Below, in pieces: positions 1 through 13,415 of a DNA stretch of 64,000 nt. The DNA is from Amphiscolops sp. MND2022 (Eukaryota). The stretch spans positions 11,472,001 through 11,536,000 of the forward strand of contig OZ076409.1 in assembly GCA_964187785.1 (NCBI GenBank), read 5' to 3'. Each line of letters starts with the position of its first letter. Position 1 is the stretch's first letter. Position numbers and translations under genes: made by a program. The notes under the pieces are model-generated. The model was not told the origin of the DNA. It saw only the letters and a program-made list of their open reading frames with translations, and did not search any database.

Positions 1-676
1 TGTGTTACTGACCTTAGCGGTTTCTGTCGACATTAATTGTTTTATTGCACTGAAATTTCATCGCAAACTATGTCGGCACATTTGTTTTCGAACCTTGTTT
101 CCTCTCACCCCACTGCAGCAGCTTGGAGGAAAAAAATGGTCCTAATCTCATACAGTAACTTTTCGTAAACGCTGCATCTAAAAATACAGTAAATACTACT
201 TTATGAATCTGATTTTCCGGAAACGGTTTAACAATTCTCGAAATCAAAATATACATTTTACTCGACTTGGGCAGTTAGTTGAGTACTTGCCAAAAACTGT
301 ATAAATTGACAAAAAGCACAAAACACAATTTTGCTCAAAGTCAGCAATTTATAACTTTCACAATTTTTGTCTCAGAAAATAAGAAAAATAGTATACACTA
401 AATGAAGTTCTAAGAAACTTTTATCTCTGATGTTTTCGGAAAACTTTATTCGATTTCGAGAAAATAGAGCCTAAAATGGCCTCGGGCATGATAAATTATT
501 CACAGTACTGTACTTCAGAAGGTTTTTTGAAAAAAGTTGAGATCCGAAGTCTGAGTCTAATATGGTTACATTTCAGTTTCATTTTCAGTCGAAACCTTCG
601 GAAGGTGATTTGGTAAATCAGGGTGACAAAAAACCTACGCAAAATGAATTCCTAAGACTTAATAAGGTAATTGGAA

Positions 677-1162
677 AACAAGCCGGGAACGGCCCAAGTC
701 GGCGCCATATCTAAGGCTCAAAAACACTCGAAAACGAAAACCACTTTTTCTACAACTGGAGACAACAAAAGCTCTCAAAAAACTAAAAATTGAGAAAAAA
801 AACTTCCGAAGTTTATTTGAAGTTTCCGGTTAGTCGCATAGTGCCGAAAAATGTAAAAGGGGGGGACGCTTTGGGATTTTTTGAAGATCCATTCTGTTGC
901 AAAATATCAAAAATTGATGGGAGGAACAAAAAAATTTGGAAAAAAAATCAGTCTCACAGTGCCGAAAAAAGGAGGCAAGTCTCACAGTGTCGAAAAAAGT
1001 GGACCCTTCTGCTTTGGAATGGCTTTTTATCTCATGTTAGAGGCTTTGGATGCGTTGAAAATGAAGTACTAATTAATGCATTGAAAGTTTCGCGTTGAAC
1101 TGACGAAAAAAAAACTAGCCACTGTAAGAGTCGGGATTTTCTTCGAAAACGCCGACTAAAAA
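677..1162 (-). mobile_element. HINE/DINE-1-like non-autonomous Helentron, family A
   Basis: Left end has hairpin GCCG-GGAA-CGGC plus subterminal AGTCGGCGC. Right end has AGTCGG...CGCCGACT followed by an A-run. Central GGGGGAC-containing repeats. The same architecture recurs in many copies across the window. Confidence 0.7.
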
Positions 1163-1691
1163 CAGAACGGAAGAACTTTTGCTTTCCATAATTGTATATT
1201 CGTTAACAAAGCATTGAAATATTGTTTTTTTTTTAAATTTTTCCTGTCAACCATTCAAAATGGAGCTCTCACTACCTATTCAAGTCTTGAGCTAAGAATG
1301 GTTCGAGCCTTCCGAAAAATTCGAGAAGTTACCAGTCTTTCCCTTTCAACTTTTAATGGGTGAAATTCACTACCGTCGAAGAAAGTTGCCACATTAAGTG
1401 AGTAACAGCAAAACTCACAGCTGTTTCGAAACGTTTGTTGACAACTATTTGAATCGTTTTATGCCTTCCAATTTTTGGTTCACCTGCAGCGTGTTACTAA
1501 AAAACTCGAACAAGCACTAAAATTTTCCCATTGGCAAGAACTACCGCAACTACCGAAAACTATAATTCTAAGACGTTAGAGTCATAAAAGTTCATCAAAG
1601 TGCAAAATTTTGCAACTTCAAGGCTTTTTGTCATAACGTGCTATTAACCTTGCCGACTCTATACTCTATACTAAATTTGGGGAGACTACCT

Positions 1692-1898
1692 TGTAATACG
1701 GTTGATTCCGAATGACCTTCACCGAGCTTCAGTCTAGACTCTTTAGACAGCCTAACAAGTTGTTTACTAACAAACTTGAAACTATAGAATTACAATTTAT
1801 ATACATTTAGTATAAACTTTTGATACGAATCAGTCGTACTCAATACAGTTTCTATTTTATCATCTTGTCCTATCTTAACCTAGCTTAGAAATACAACA
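1692..1898 (+). repeat. 5' LTR of element 1
   Basis: TGTAATACGG...ATACAACA, direct repeat of 7251-7457. Confidence 0.97.
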
Positions 1899-1910
1899 TG
1901 GCGCAGTCAG
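1899..1910 (+). promoter_or_regulatory. Primer-binding site of element 1 (tRNA 3' end complement, probably tRNA-Ser type)
   Basis: TGGCGCAGTCAG directly after the LTR, complementary to a ...CUGCGCCA tRNA end. The tRNA identity is inferred. Confidence 0.8.
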
Positions 1911-1949
1911 CCAATTTTAACAAAAAAATTACAACGAACTTCTAACAAG

Positions 1950-4900
1950 ATGGCAGAACGAAACACAGTACCAAACCTAGAAGCAAAAGCCACCGACGGA
2001 AACCCGGTTTTCACACCGAAGCAATGGGTAGAGCGATTCCGGCAATTTTGCAAACGGGAACATAAAATAGATATCGCACCATTACTAAAAGGCGAAGGAA
2101 TTACGGAAGCCGACTGGACCGGAAAAGAACAAGCCGTACAAAAAGATTTCATATGGGGTGTGGGACCGGAAGCATTCCATCAGATAACAAGGGCCGAATA
2201 TAAAACGGAACCCGACTGTGTAAAAATAAAAGATCTAATCCGGTTATTTACCGAGTTCTACATGCCGAAAAGAAACACTTACCACAACCGAGGAGATTTT
2301 TTTGGGCGAAGCAGACCGAATATGAAACACCCGAAGAATTCCGGAGACGGCTAATCGAAATCGAAAAGTTTTGCAATTTCACTACAATTTCGGCTGAAGA
2401 ACTACTAATATCAAAATACATGACTGCAATCACCGATAAAAAGTTCCGGGACAAAAGAATGGAAGAAAAAACTCTCGAGATGAAGAAGATAATCGATCTA
2501 ATCAAACAAAATACATACGAAAAGAAAAATAAAAAGAATACAATACCAGAAGCTCTAATATCGACGAAAGAAAAACACATAATAAAAGAAGAGCCGATAC
2601 AAAGAATGGAAAGATTCGTAACAAGACCGAAAAATAAAAACTTCGGTAACCGACCGTGCAGATTTTGTAGTGCTCCAAACTGGACACCATTATACAAATG
2701 TCCCGCAACAGACGCGAACTGCAACAAGTGCGGAAAGAAAGGACACTACGCGAAAGCATGCAGACAGAAATTCAACAACAACCGAACAGTGAAAAGACTT
2801 ACCGAAGATGAATTGAACGAACCAAACGAATCATCATGTGAGTCAGAAGAAAGCATACACCACATAAAAGGAATAAAGAAAATCGAAGAGACGAAGAAAC
2901 TATACACGGCGAACGTGAAAATCAACGGGGTAATGAAAGAATTTATAGCTGACACTGGGTCTCCAATATCAATAATGCCTCCAGACAAACGAATAATGAA
3001 ACCAACCGAACTACAGAAAATATCTAACCGATACCAGGATGTCAACAAGAACGAAAAAAAATCCGGGGAAAAATTCCGGTAAACATCGAATACGAAAATA
3101 GCAAACAGAAAATGGAAATTTTGATGACCGAAAGAACCGATATCACACCTTTATTAAGTATGGACTGGATGAAAACTTTCAAACTAACTATCGGGAAAAT
3201 ACAAATGGCCGAAAACAACCAATCAGAAAGAGAGAAAATATTAGGAAAATTTCAAGACCTATTTTTTGAAAACAATGAAACAATAAAAGACACCGAAATA
3301 AATATCCAGCTCAAACCGGGACACTACCCGAATAAACAAAAAACAAGACCGGTACCACTGCATCTACGAGAAAATGTCGAAAAAGAATTGAAGAAATTAA
3401 TCCGAACCGGGCATCTAGAAAAAATCAACGATGTAGACAAGTCTGTTTTGTATCACCGGTAGTGATCACAGTGAAAAGTGACAAATTGGTAAAGATAGCA
3501 CTCGATTCACGAAAATTAAACGACAGCTGCATAAAAATGAGACCCCATATGCCGAACATGGAAGAAATGTTAAACCAAGTTTCGGTGGAAATCACGCGCG
3601 ACCGGACAGCACAATTATTTATATCAAAGATTGACTTAGACTACGCATACGGACAAATGAATCTATCAGAAGAGACATGCCGACAATGCGTATTCGCACT
3701 AACCGGAGGAAACTTCAGCGGATACCACCGATTTAAAAAAAGGTTTTACGGTCTCGCCGACATACCCACAATTTTCCAGGAGAAAACTGACCGAACACTT
3801 GAATATTGTACACCGGCATGGTTGGACGATATAATCATAGTAACACAATGAAGTAAACAAGATCACCAGAAGAAATTGTTTGACGTCTTGGATAAATAAG
3901 AAAAAACCGGATACCGGGCAAGTGAAAAGAAATCCAAATTCTTCATGAAGGAAACAAAATGGCTCGGACACGAAATAGACGAAAACGGAATAAAACCGAA
4001 CGAAAAGAAAGTGGAAGCAATATTAAAATTAAAATCACCGGAAAACACAAAAGACCTGAAATCATATCCCGGTGCTATACAATATATGGCAAAATTTCTA
4101 CCAAAACTTTCGGAACAAACAGACCGGCTGAGAAAACTATTGAAAAAAACGAACCGTGGACATGGGGACCGGAACAAGAGACGGAATTCAATCGAATAAA
4201 ACAAATGTTAACCGAAGGTCCATGTTTAGCACACTATGCGAAAGACAAAGACAACACGGTGACAACCGATGCCAGCGAAACCGGACTCGGCATAACATTA
4301 TGGCAAAAACAGGACGACGGAAATATAAAACCGATTGCATACGGAAGCAGACATCTAAATGATACCGAAAAAAATTACTCAATCGGTGAATTGGAATTAC
4401 TAGCAGTAGTTTGGGGGTTAGAAAAGTTCCAATTTCACATTTACGTATAGAAAGTGTATTTATACACAGACCACCAAGCACTGGAACCATTAATAAAACG
4501 AAACCGATGCAACAAACAATACAGTGCAAGATTAACTCGGTGGCTAGACCGACTGGCACATTTTAACACTGCAATACAACATATCGCGGGAAGCAATTTG
4601 AAATTCACGGACTACCTCAGTAGAAATCCGGTAGGGGGAGCCACACCGGAAGATAATTACGATGAGGAATATGTAATTAACATATTATCCGAACAAGCGA
4701 AACTGAACGCAAAATACGGACAATTATTCGCCGACCAAACAGATAACAGCAAACGCGTGACCGAAACAAAGAACGGCAGATCGGAAAGCAAAATTGAGCA
4801 ACAAAACAACCAATCACAAACGAGTAGAATATTCGAGAACAAAAACGGCGTGAACAAAATAAGCCGAAGCGAGAAAAACACATCCGGGCAGTCTGATAAT

Positions 4901-7086
4901 AGCGCGTCAAAATCAAGTTGCTCTTTGAAACACCGAAACACCATTCAAAAAAAGAATTTAAATCCGGAAATTACCGAAATGGATAGAGATAACTTTTACC
5001 ATTGGGGCGCAACAAGGGAAATCATGGAAATAATTCGGAGGAGAAATAAAAGCCCGGAGACACGCAGTCTTGTTGAGCTGAGGAACAATCTATCAAGGCC
5101 GGGAACGCTGAGAAGGAGATATGATCTGCACACACAACGGACAATATTCGCACCAACTCGTCCAAACAAACGTAGCCGAGAAGAAATCGCGGAGATAGAC
5201 GGGGAACTGTTGCAAAGTAGGAATCGACTCGGGGAAGGCTACCAACCATTAATCGAAGAAACAGGAGAGCCCGAGAATGCAGAAGAATGCGAAATCGAAC
5301 CCGAACAGCCGGAGACAGAGGAAGATAGCATAATCCTGAGAGGGGACAACTTGCCAATAGTGGACCTGAGCAAGTTCAACACAGAAGGAAAAGACGCCCA
5401 CTACATTCAGATAAATCATATTGTGGGAAAGTTATCCGGAAACAAAAAGATAACCGAAGACACAATGAAGAAAGCTGAATTCGAGTTCATGATGGACTTG
5501 AAGACCCTGATAGCGAGAACAGCCATTGACCCCGAACACACAAGAGTTAGGATCAGCATGAGACAGAAAGACAGAGAGGCAAATCCCGAAGGATACAAGC
5601 CAGTATTCGAAAAACTCTCCATTTCGACTTATATTTATGGACGACCAGATTGTAATTCCGGTGGATCTCCGAAGACGACTACTCGACATTTTACATTTCG
5701 GTCATGCCGGCCTGACGAAGATGACAGCCGAAGCCAAAATCTTTTGGTGGTCGAACATTACTCGGGTTATTGAGAATAAGGCCAAAAACTGCACCGCCTG
5801 CCTCGCTTCAGGTAAAAATTTAAAATATCAATTACCGAATAGTCACTACGGAAAATTGAAAATATTAACCGAACCGGGCCAAGAAATACAAATCGATTTT
5901 ACCGGAAAACTCCATAACAAAAAAATAAATGGAGACCTACAAATTTTGATAGCGATAGATCGTTTTAGTAAATGGCCTACGGTAAAAACTTGCAAAACCG
6001 CCGAAGCGAAAGAAGTTATAAATTTTCTAACAAATAACCTTAACTTATACGGGATACCGGAAAAAATCAAATCTGATAAAGGGGGAGCCTTTATCTCAAA
6101 AGAGTATAGAGAGTTTTGCAAAAGCCGAAATATAGAAACGGAATATTTACACCCCGGCTACATACGGGAAACGGAGCCGTCGAACGGGCGATACAAACTT
6201 TGAAAAACTTAATGCTAACCAACCTGGAAGAAGGAATCGAATTGAATGAAAGCATAAACCGGGCGCTCCGAGTAATGCGTTTTACAATACACACTGGACT
6301 AAAAAGAACGCCATTTGAGCTACATCAAGGTAGAAAGCCGAGAACCGAATTAACTAACAAAGTTAAAGACGGAAAAACGTATTTATCGGATTGTTCAGAA
6401 ATATATATTTCAGCACCAAATAAACCGAAGATCCCCATCTATGTGGGCCGGGATGCCGATGGTGAAATTACAAATCACATAATCATGGCAAAGACCAAGG
6501 CAGAAGAAAAACAGGCAAACGAAGGCCCAAAATCACCGAAGAAGAAAAGTTCGGATTGATAACCTTTTCAGTTTGTAGAAAAAAACCATAACAAAAAATC
6601 ACTGGAAGGGAGATTTCAAAAGAAAATACAAACCGCAATTGACGGAACCGAAAATACCGTAAAAACAGATACGGGAAAAATAATACACCGAAAGTTTGTT
6701 TCGTGACCACTGTTTCAGACCGAGAAGAAAAACCTGAGAGATACGGCATTAACTAATGCCGAAATCACACCGAAGAACCGACACTGCCTGAGAGGGCTGG
6801 ACGGAGAGTACGGCCGATGGGATGAGATACTGCGCGACATCCTGAACGGCAAACTCAAGATTGTCCAGAACCGGAAAGTCAGTGTATCGAAACAGAAGAT
6901 GAGGAGGATGATGATGACGAAGAAATGCCGGAAGAAACCAGTAGCCGAACATGCGACACGTCAGAACGAAATGGTCGGTACCAGCCGATACGAACCAACC
7001 CCGAGGAGGACGTAATCCAAATCCATACGGATGGCGACGAAATCCCACAGGGTGAGAACACTGATAATAATAATTTTTGGGGTTAA
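1950..7086 (+). pseudogene. Disrupted gag-pol polyprotein of element 1
   Basis: Two Cys knuckles (CRFC..., CNKCGKKGHYAKAC), protease DTGS, RT (LDSRKLN...WLDD), RNase H (TDASETGLG, ELELLAV), integrase HHCC and core (IDF...DRFSK...SDKG...AVERAIQT). Broken by several frameshifts and in-frame stops (3849, 3897, 4448, 6704). Confidence 0.93.
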
Positions 7087-7233
7087 AAATAGAAAAATGT
7101 TCACGTTGTTACAGGCTCAAACTGGATCACTCGAAAGGGAACACCAGTGCCGCAAATGACGCACAAGCCCGCTGACTTCATACCCGAAGATACAACCCCT
7201 CCAGGAACCTCAGCAGCAAACTAAAGAAAGCCC

Positions 7234-7250
7234 GGAGAGAGAGGGGGAAA
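7234..7250 (+). promoter_or_regulatory. Polypurine tract of element 1
   Basis: GGAGAGAGAGGGGGAAA abutting the 3' LTR. Confidence 0.9.
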
Positions 7251-7457
7251 TGTAATACGGTTGATTCCGAATGACCTTCACCGAGCTTCAGTCTAGACTC
7301 TTTAGACAGCCTAACAAGTTGTTTACTAACAAACTTGAAACTATAGAATTACAATTTATATACATTTAGTATAAACTTTTGATACGAATCAGTTGTACTC
7401 AATACAGTTTCTATTTTATCATCTTGTCTTATCTTAACCTAGCTTAGAAATACAACA
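7251..7457 (+). repeat. 3' LTR of element 1
   Basis: Direct repeat of 1692-1898, followed by TSD TACCT. Confidence 0.97.
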
Positions 7458-10400
7458 TACCTACTGCTAGGAACACTGTAGACTCAGCATCAGTTCCAAT
7501 AGCTTGTGAATATAATCTTCAGAATGAAATGTCGAAAATTGTGGAAGAATTCTGCAAGAAACTAATGTTTTTCATTCATTCATTAAAACTAGAGCCAAAC
7601 ACTGATCTGAGTTGACTAAATCCTAGTTTGCAAATGTTATTCGGCGCGTTCCAAAAAAAGCCGAACGGCGTTTTCTAAAACATCCTTGAAGTGATAAATT
7701 GTGTGAATTAAGTCTTAGGTAGTTCTAGGCTGTCTAGTACGCAACAGATCGTATGCACGATGTTTGCCCTAAATCAATACGGGGTGTCTAGGCCAAACAA
7801 TTGAAAACGAAACTTCAATATTTCACGAAATTACGCTTCAAAATTCAGTCAAGCTTTAATAGAAATCAGATAAAACGTGGAACATTGGAATCGACCCGCT
7901 GTCTCATAGCGTAACTTTACTTGTCTTCGACAATTATCAACAACTTCTAACTGCTTCTAACTCAAGCTCAAAGGAACTCGTAAAATAACTGACAGATTCT
8001 TTGATAGCAAAAGCGCTCTTTAAACTTCAATCCAACACTTGTGTTGCCCAAAATCCACACTGATAAAAACACTAATCGGATTCAAAACAGGACTTTGACG
8101 GGGCCGTTGTTGCACTTTTGGGACCAATGAGATTGTCCTGAAACTCATCCGATACCCAACGCAGGACTCTGTTAGTTTAATGTGAGCTGCCCCATCCTCA
8201 CATAAACCACAACATTGAAACTTGCCGCAAAGATCATATTTTCCAACACCATGATGTGTTCAAACCAAAAAAAACACCCAAAATGATGCTTTTAATTAAT
8301 GTCATCAACCAGATTTTCTTTGTTTCTACTCGAAAACATTTTCGTACTTTTTGTTCTGGCATTATTTCTGACCGGAATCTGTTCAGCCTCCACAACAAAC
8401 CATTATTCATCTGAAGAAATATATTCTGATACCTAATGTTGGCTGGTGGTTTAAAGTTCCCCGGCTAGTAGTTTTGCCTCTATGGATACTTTTACGCCAA
8501 AATTTTCAACAAAGAATTTGTGCGCCATGCTATTGTGATTGGGCATGAAACTGAAAGATTCCAGGATTGTACTTTTGTAACATCAGGCAGCCAAAACAAA
8601 ATATCGTTGGAATTCATAAAGTGTGCGATTTCAAATAAGTCAATTCAAAATGGCTGACCTGGCAGGTATAGAAAATCGCAAAGGATTACGAAAAAAACGC
8701 TCCCACCCACAGCCCGAGAGAGAACTCCCGCCATAGAAGTATCCCCGAAATCGCCGTGCGGTGCCATCCCCCTCGAAAGACGTCCCAGCTCACAGCAGAA
8801 CCCGAAGAATGGCCCAAAAGATGAAGAAACTCAGACGTTTGCATGTTTTGCATGTGGCACCTTGCAAGTCCAAGACTCGCTGACGCTCACGCCTGATGTT
8901 TCCTCTAGTCTGTTGTACCATATGTGTGGTTTTAGCAGGTATTTGGTGATGTTTGACCTAGTAGGTCACTATTTTAGATCTTATTCTCTCAATAAAATTG
9001 TAATCAATAAAAAATGTAATTTAGTTAAACCCCTGTTTTTAGACCTCGGGAGTATGTAGGAGGTCGCAGGAACGTTAGGAACCTTAAGATTTGTTTTTAC
9101 AGTCTTGTGGGGCGTGTATGGATTTTGAGAGTGCCGGCACGTCGCCTCGGAGCTCTAATTTGAGGAGCCTTCTTTGACGTATAGAAAGTCCCCCTAGGAG
9201 ACCATTTTGGGACAAGAACTGATGTCTACGGCTGTAGTAAGACAACGGTCTCCTGCTTAAGCACCCTAGGCATTATCCCACTTCTATGATGTACGCTGCT
9301 AGCTGGACATTAAATTTTTGTGGAAGGACTAAATGGGCCCTCGATTATTTGCGCAATGTTTTTTGCGCAACAATGTTTGCACAATAAGCATTTCATTAGC
9401 TTTCCAAAGCCAATACTAAGTCGTCCTTTAACAGTATCTGTCGCTGAATTTTTTTTAAAAAACTCATTTGAGACATGTAGTCAGGAAGGCTCGACATATA
9501 TATTAATGCTTCTTGTTATCTCTCAATGCACGGGAAGCGGAATAACACTGTGAAGCTATTCAATGATTACTGTGAAAAGGTGGGTCGAAAGCACAAAAGT
9601 ATGCTAACAAGAGGATGTTGGCGCGGGATTCGGTCAGATGAAACTAAAATATATAGATTTGTTTCAGATGGCACTCCGTGAACTTTCAAAAGACCTAAAT
9701 ACAAGTGTTGGACAACCATGTGCAAGGTACGTTCAAACACGTCGTTGGTAGACTGATGCTATGGGGCTGTGTGACATTAGGAGTCGGAGAGGCGTGTAAG
9801 ATGAAAAGGTATATGGATATGCGGCTTCAATGTGAGATTTTAGCAGACAATTTGATGGATACAATGAAACACTAAGGATGGGGCTAGATACTTCGAATAG
9901 TGACCATAAACATACATCTAACCCAATCGAAAATATATGGCAAACATCATCAGTGACTGTATCTGGAACCTCTTGGTAACAATGCTGAACTGTTGGAACG
10001 AACGGGTGCAAGACGAATGCAACGAAAAATCAGTTGAGACATGCCAAAATCTTATTGAGAGCATGCCAGAGTGAATACAGGCTAGTTTGGAGGCACGTGG
10101 CGGTCATACTAACGACTAATACTCTGTTACTGTATTTATTCAATGTTTTGTCGCTGCATAAACACTCTTTGTCATTATCGTTTGTAAATACACAACGACA
10201 CATGAATTTGTAACAAGCGTAATTTTGAGAAAATTTCGTGAGAACTTATGAAAATCTGAAAACAGAATTCCACACAGTCTTCAGTGTCCCATATGTAAAA
10301 GTGTGATTTTACTTCATATAATATAAAAACATCTTTTGAATTGGTCGAATGTTTTCTAAGATTTAAAAATGATATCAGAATCAAAGTGTACCATCGGCTT

Positions 10401-11718
10401 CGGTAAACTCGGAGTTTCGGTCGTATTCAAATCTTTTTTCAAATTTTTGTTCAGAAGTAGGCCAAAAGTGAGGAAATAAGTTATTTCGAAAATTTATTTG
10501 GCTGAAAATAGTCATAATTTTTTCTATTTTTCCATTTTTTGAATCTAACATTGTTTGAAAAAATAGAAAACTAACAAACCTCCATTTCCGCCATTTTCAT
10601 AATTCGCTGTAGTTTTTTATTTAATTTTGAGATATTTGAGATTTTGAGACTTCCATAATTTGATCCTTCTAGTATATACTTATCAAGATAACTTCAGGCG
10701 TAACGTTGTAAATTCGGATTTAACGTGTTAAATACGGGCGATCTTTGGTACGGCGAAACTAGAAGAATAAAAGGACAGCTTAATGATATTGTCGAAGTGT
10801 TTTGCTAACTAAATTTATCAAAAACTTTTTGAATGTTTCAGTTAGGCCCTTTTTAACTTGTTAATCATCAAGTTGGAATCGAGTTATGAAAAAAAATTCA
10901 ATAAAAGTTTTTTAATAGTTCATTCCTTAAAAAACTTGATGTCGCCAAAATTTTTCGACATAATTAAGATATCAAGATACCATTTTTTCCCAATCTTCAT
11001 TCTATGAAAGGCCGTCTCTATGCCACAAGTATAAAAAATTTAAAATGACGCTTCTATTGAGCTTTCACATCCGTTCTTTTTATAAAAAATTCCGCAGAAT
11101 TTCCGTTTTTAGATATTTTCAACATTTTTGACACTTTTTTCCAAAGCAGAGACTTCAGGTCTCTCTAACACCAAATTCATATAAATGCTACACCCCCCAG
11201 AGAGAGATTGGAAAAGCAATTTAAAATGAATCCGATCAACTTCAAAGAAGCCTTCCGAATGAGTGAAAAACTCACCAGGTGCTCAGATGTTTTGAAAATT
11301 CAGATCATCAATTATTAATTAGAATGATGCATTTTCACTAGCCAATGAAAAACGCTCGAAAATAACTGGAACTTTTCTGAAACATGTCTTCAAATACAGA
11401 ATTTTCAAAGCGCAAGCATGTAATTGAACGAAATTTCGTCTCCAGCTATATACGCGCTTGTTGCCAAACTGTGCCATTTAATCAAAAATTTATAAACTTC
11501 TTCGGGAAAAATGAAAGGTAATCAAAAATTGATGAGTTTTGCGTGCACAGCCGAGGAAGAGCCAAAATTCTGAACAGCTGCTTTCGGAAGCTACTTTTCC
11601 ACGTGAGCAATTGCTGTGGAAGAAAAAGCTTTTATTTTTGTTGTTACACAATTTTGTGGGAAGCAACTTACTTTCCACCACGTGAACATATTTTTTACAT
11701 TTTTTATTCCACATTATA

Positions 11719-12258
11719 ATGACCAGCGTCTGTAACATTTTCTTCGAGGCGCCTGATCAAAATCGAACTCAGCAAATCGTCACCACGGAAGATAGTCACG
11801 TGATTGTGACGTCATTCACAGCGCCGCCCTCGCCTAATGTGAAGTTGGGAGAATTGGGCAGTCGCACAGATAAGGATGAGCAGAGTAGAGACACTTCGGG
11901 GATCCCTGCAATTTGCAAATATGGGGGCGTGCATCTAAACGGTACTTGTCACATAAAGCCTCCTGCACCTGAGATAGAAATCTACCCAGTGTTAGTTTTT
12001 CACTTCCGTTTGCTTGATTATATCAATGAAAAGGTTAGCTATTAAGAAGGTGCTAGTCGGCGCTTTATTGAAAAAAAACGCGACTATTTAGTGCCTTTTG
12101 GTCGGTTTTTTTGAATAAACACGAACTGGCCAGAAAAATTCTACAAAAGTTCTAGAAAATATTAGAATCATGAAGTGTACCATTAGGCCCAGCGCGCAGT
12201 ATGCGAATTTTTGACACGATATCCGGAGGAAATTGCGTTTTACTCAGGAGGAAGTAAA
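11719..12258 (+). CDS. Possible exons of an unknown gene (11719-12033 and 12187-12258)
   Basis: Open frame ends AAG|GTTAGC (phase 0). The next open segment starts after CATTAG in phase 0 (AQRAVCEFLTRYPEEIAFYSGGSK|GTTAAG). No recognisable domain. May be the 5' part of the gene ending at 28145. Confidence 0.3.
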
Positions 12259-12384
12259 GTTAAGAAAATATTGCGTTATATCTGAACTTTTGTATACAAA
12301 TAATCATAACTTCTGAGCTTCATTGACACGTGGTATGAAGAAGTCTGTCTTTACCAGGTTTACTAGTTATGCATGGCTTTACAC

Positions 12385-12485
12385 TCATGATGGATCCATG
12401 ATTTATCCATGATTCATCCATGATTCATACATGATTCATACATGATTCATCCATGATTCATACATGATTCATCCATGCTTCATGG
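12385..12485. repeat. 11-bp tandem repeat (CATGATTCATM), probably the subterminal array of a TIR element
   Basis: Repeated catgattcatc/catgattcata units. Related arrays occur at about 16945-17070 and 18645-18780. Confidence 0.7.
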
Positions 12486-13415
12486 AAAGGTATGTGATAA
12501 CGGATGATCATGAATGAAAACCTGCCAATTCAACCATACGTTATGAACTGTATTGCTTTCAAGTAGCTAGGTGTCTGAAACAACATAATTTCTCGTTTAT
12601 TTTGGTATCAGTGACGTTCTACATTGGTGCACCCCTTTTGCTGGTGGTATACATTTGTGAGCGCAATTTAGAATATTTTTTAATCAATCATTTATTTAAA
12701 AAGTTTTTTCGAAAAAACCTCAAGATTCAAAATTCGTGAATGAATTCAAAATAAAAGCATTGTTCAAATGCGGATCGAGATAATCTCAAAAATGTCATTC
12801 GTTTGAAAAAGAAATAGTCTAATAAAAATTTGGTTGAAATTCAAAGGATGAAAAACTTATTCAACAATTTTTCCATTCCTTGGGCATTTTAATGCCACCG
12901 GATTGCAGAAATTCATGGTTATTTAGGTTTTTTGAGAGAAAAGGCGATACTTTTTGGTACGGGCAAACACGTTCGTATGTTGGTCTCTAAAATTTAATTT
13001 CTGAGTAATTGTCTCCTTATTTATTATTTTCACCTCTTCTATAGGAGACTTTTTCATAAAAATATAATTTACTAATTTCCGGTTTTACAGCTGAACTTAA
13101 TACCTAAAAACACATCAAATAGTTAGTGAACTCATTTGCATTTTCCCTGAATTTTAATCATCTGCCAACAAAATCAATCTGGCGCAAGTTTCCTTTTATG
13201 AGCAGTTATTCAGGGCTCCGCATGGGGTAGGATCGTAAGAAATAGTTCCCTTGAAAGCCATTAGAGGATTGCTAGACGATGCTTAGAGTACTTGCGAGAC
13301 AGATAGTCTCCTCCAAACGAAGAAATTAAAAATTCAGGACGATATCGAAATTATACTAATGCTCGGGAGAAAACAACCACGGAAAAAGAATCTCGTGAAA
13401 AATAAAAAACTTTTA

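Larger units (their letters stand above)
1692..7457 (+). mobile_element. Ty3/gypsy (Mag-like) LTR retrotransposon 1, full length, internally degenerate
   Basis: 207-bp TG...CA LTRs (1692-1898, 7251-7457; 2 mismatches). 5-bp TSD TACCT (1687-1691, 7458-7462). PBS TGGCGCAGTC, PPT, and domain order gag-PR-RT-RH-IN. Confidence 0.97.

Noticed and set aside
3849..4450. Stop-codon readthrough or variant genetic code in element 1
   Set aside because: TGA, TAA and TAG all occur together with frameshifts, and ASPH and element 2 translate cleanly with the standard code.
7463..8200. Decayed transposase interrupted by element 1
   Set aside because: Only vague peptide fragments with many stops; no motif strong enough to call.
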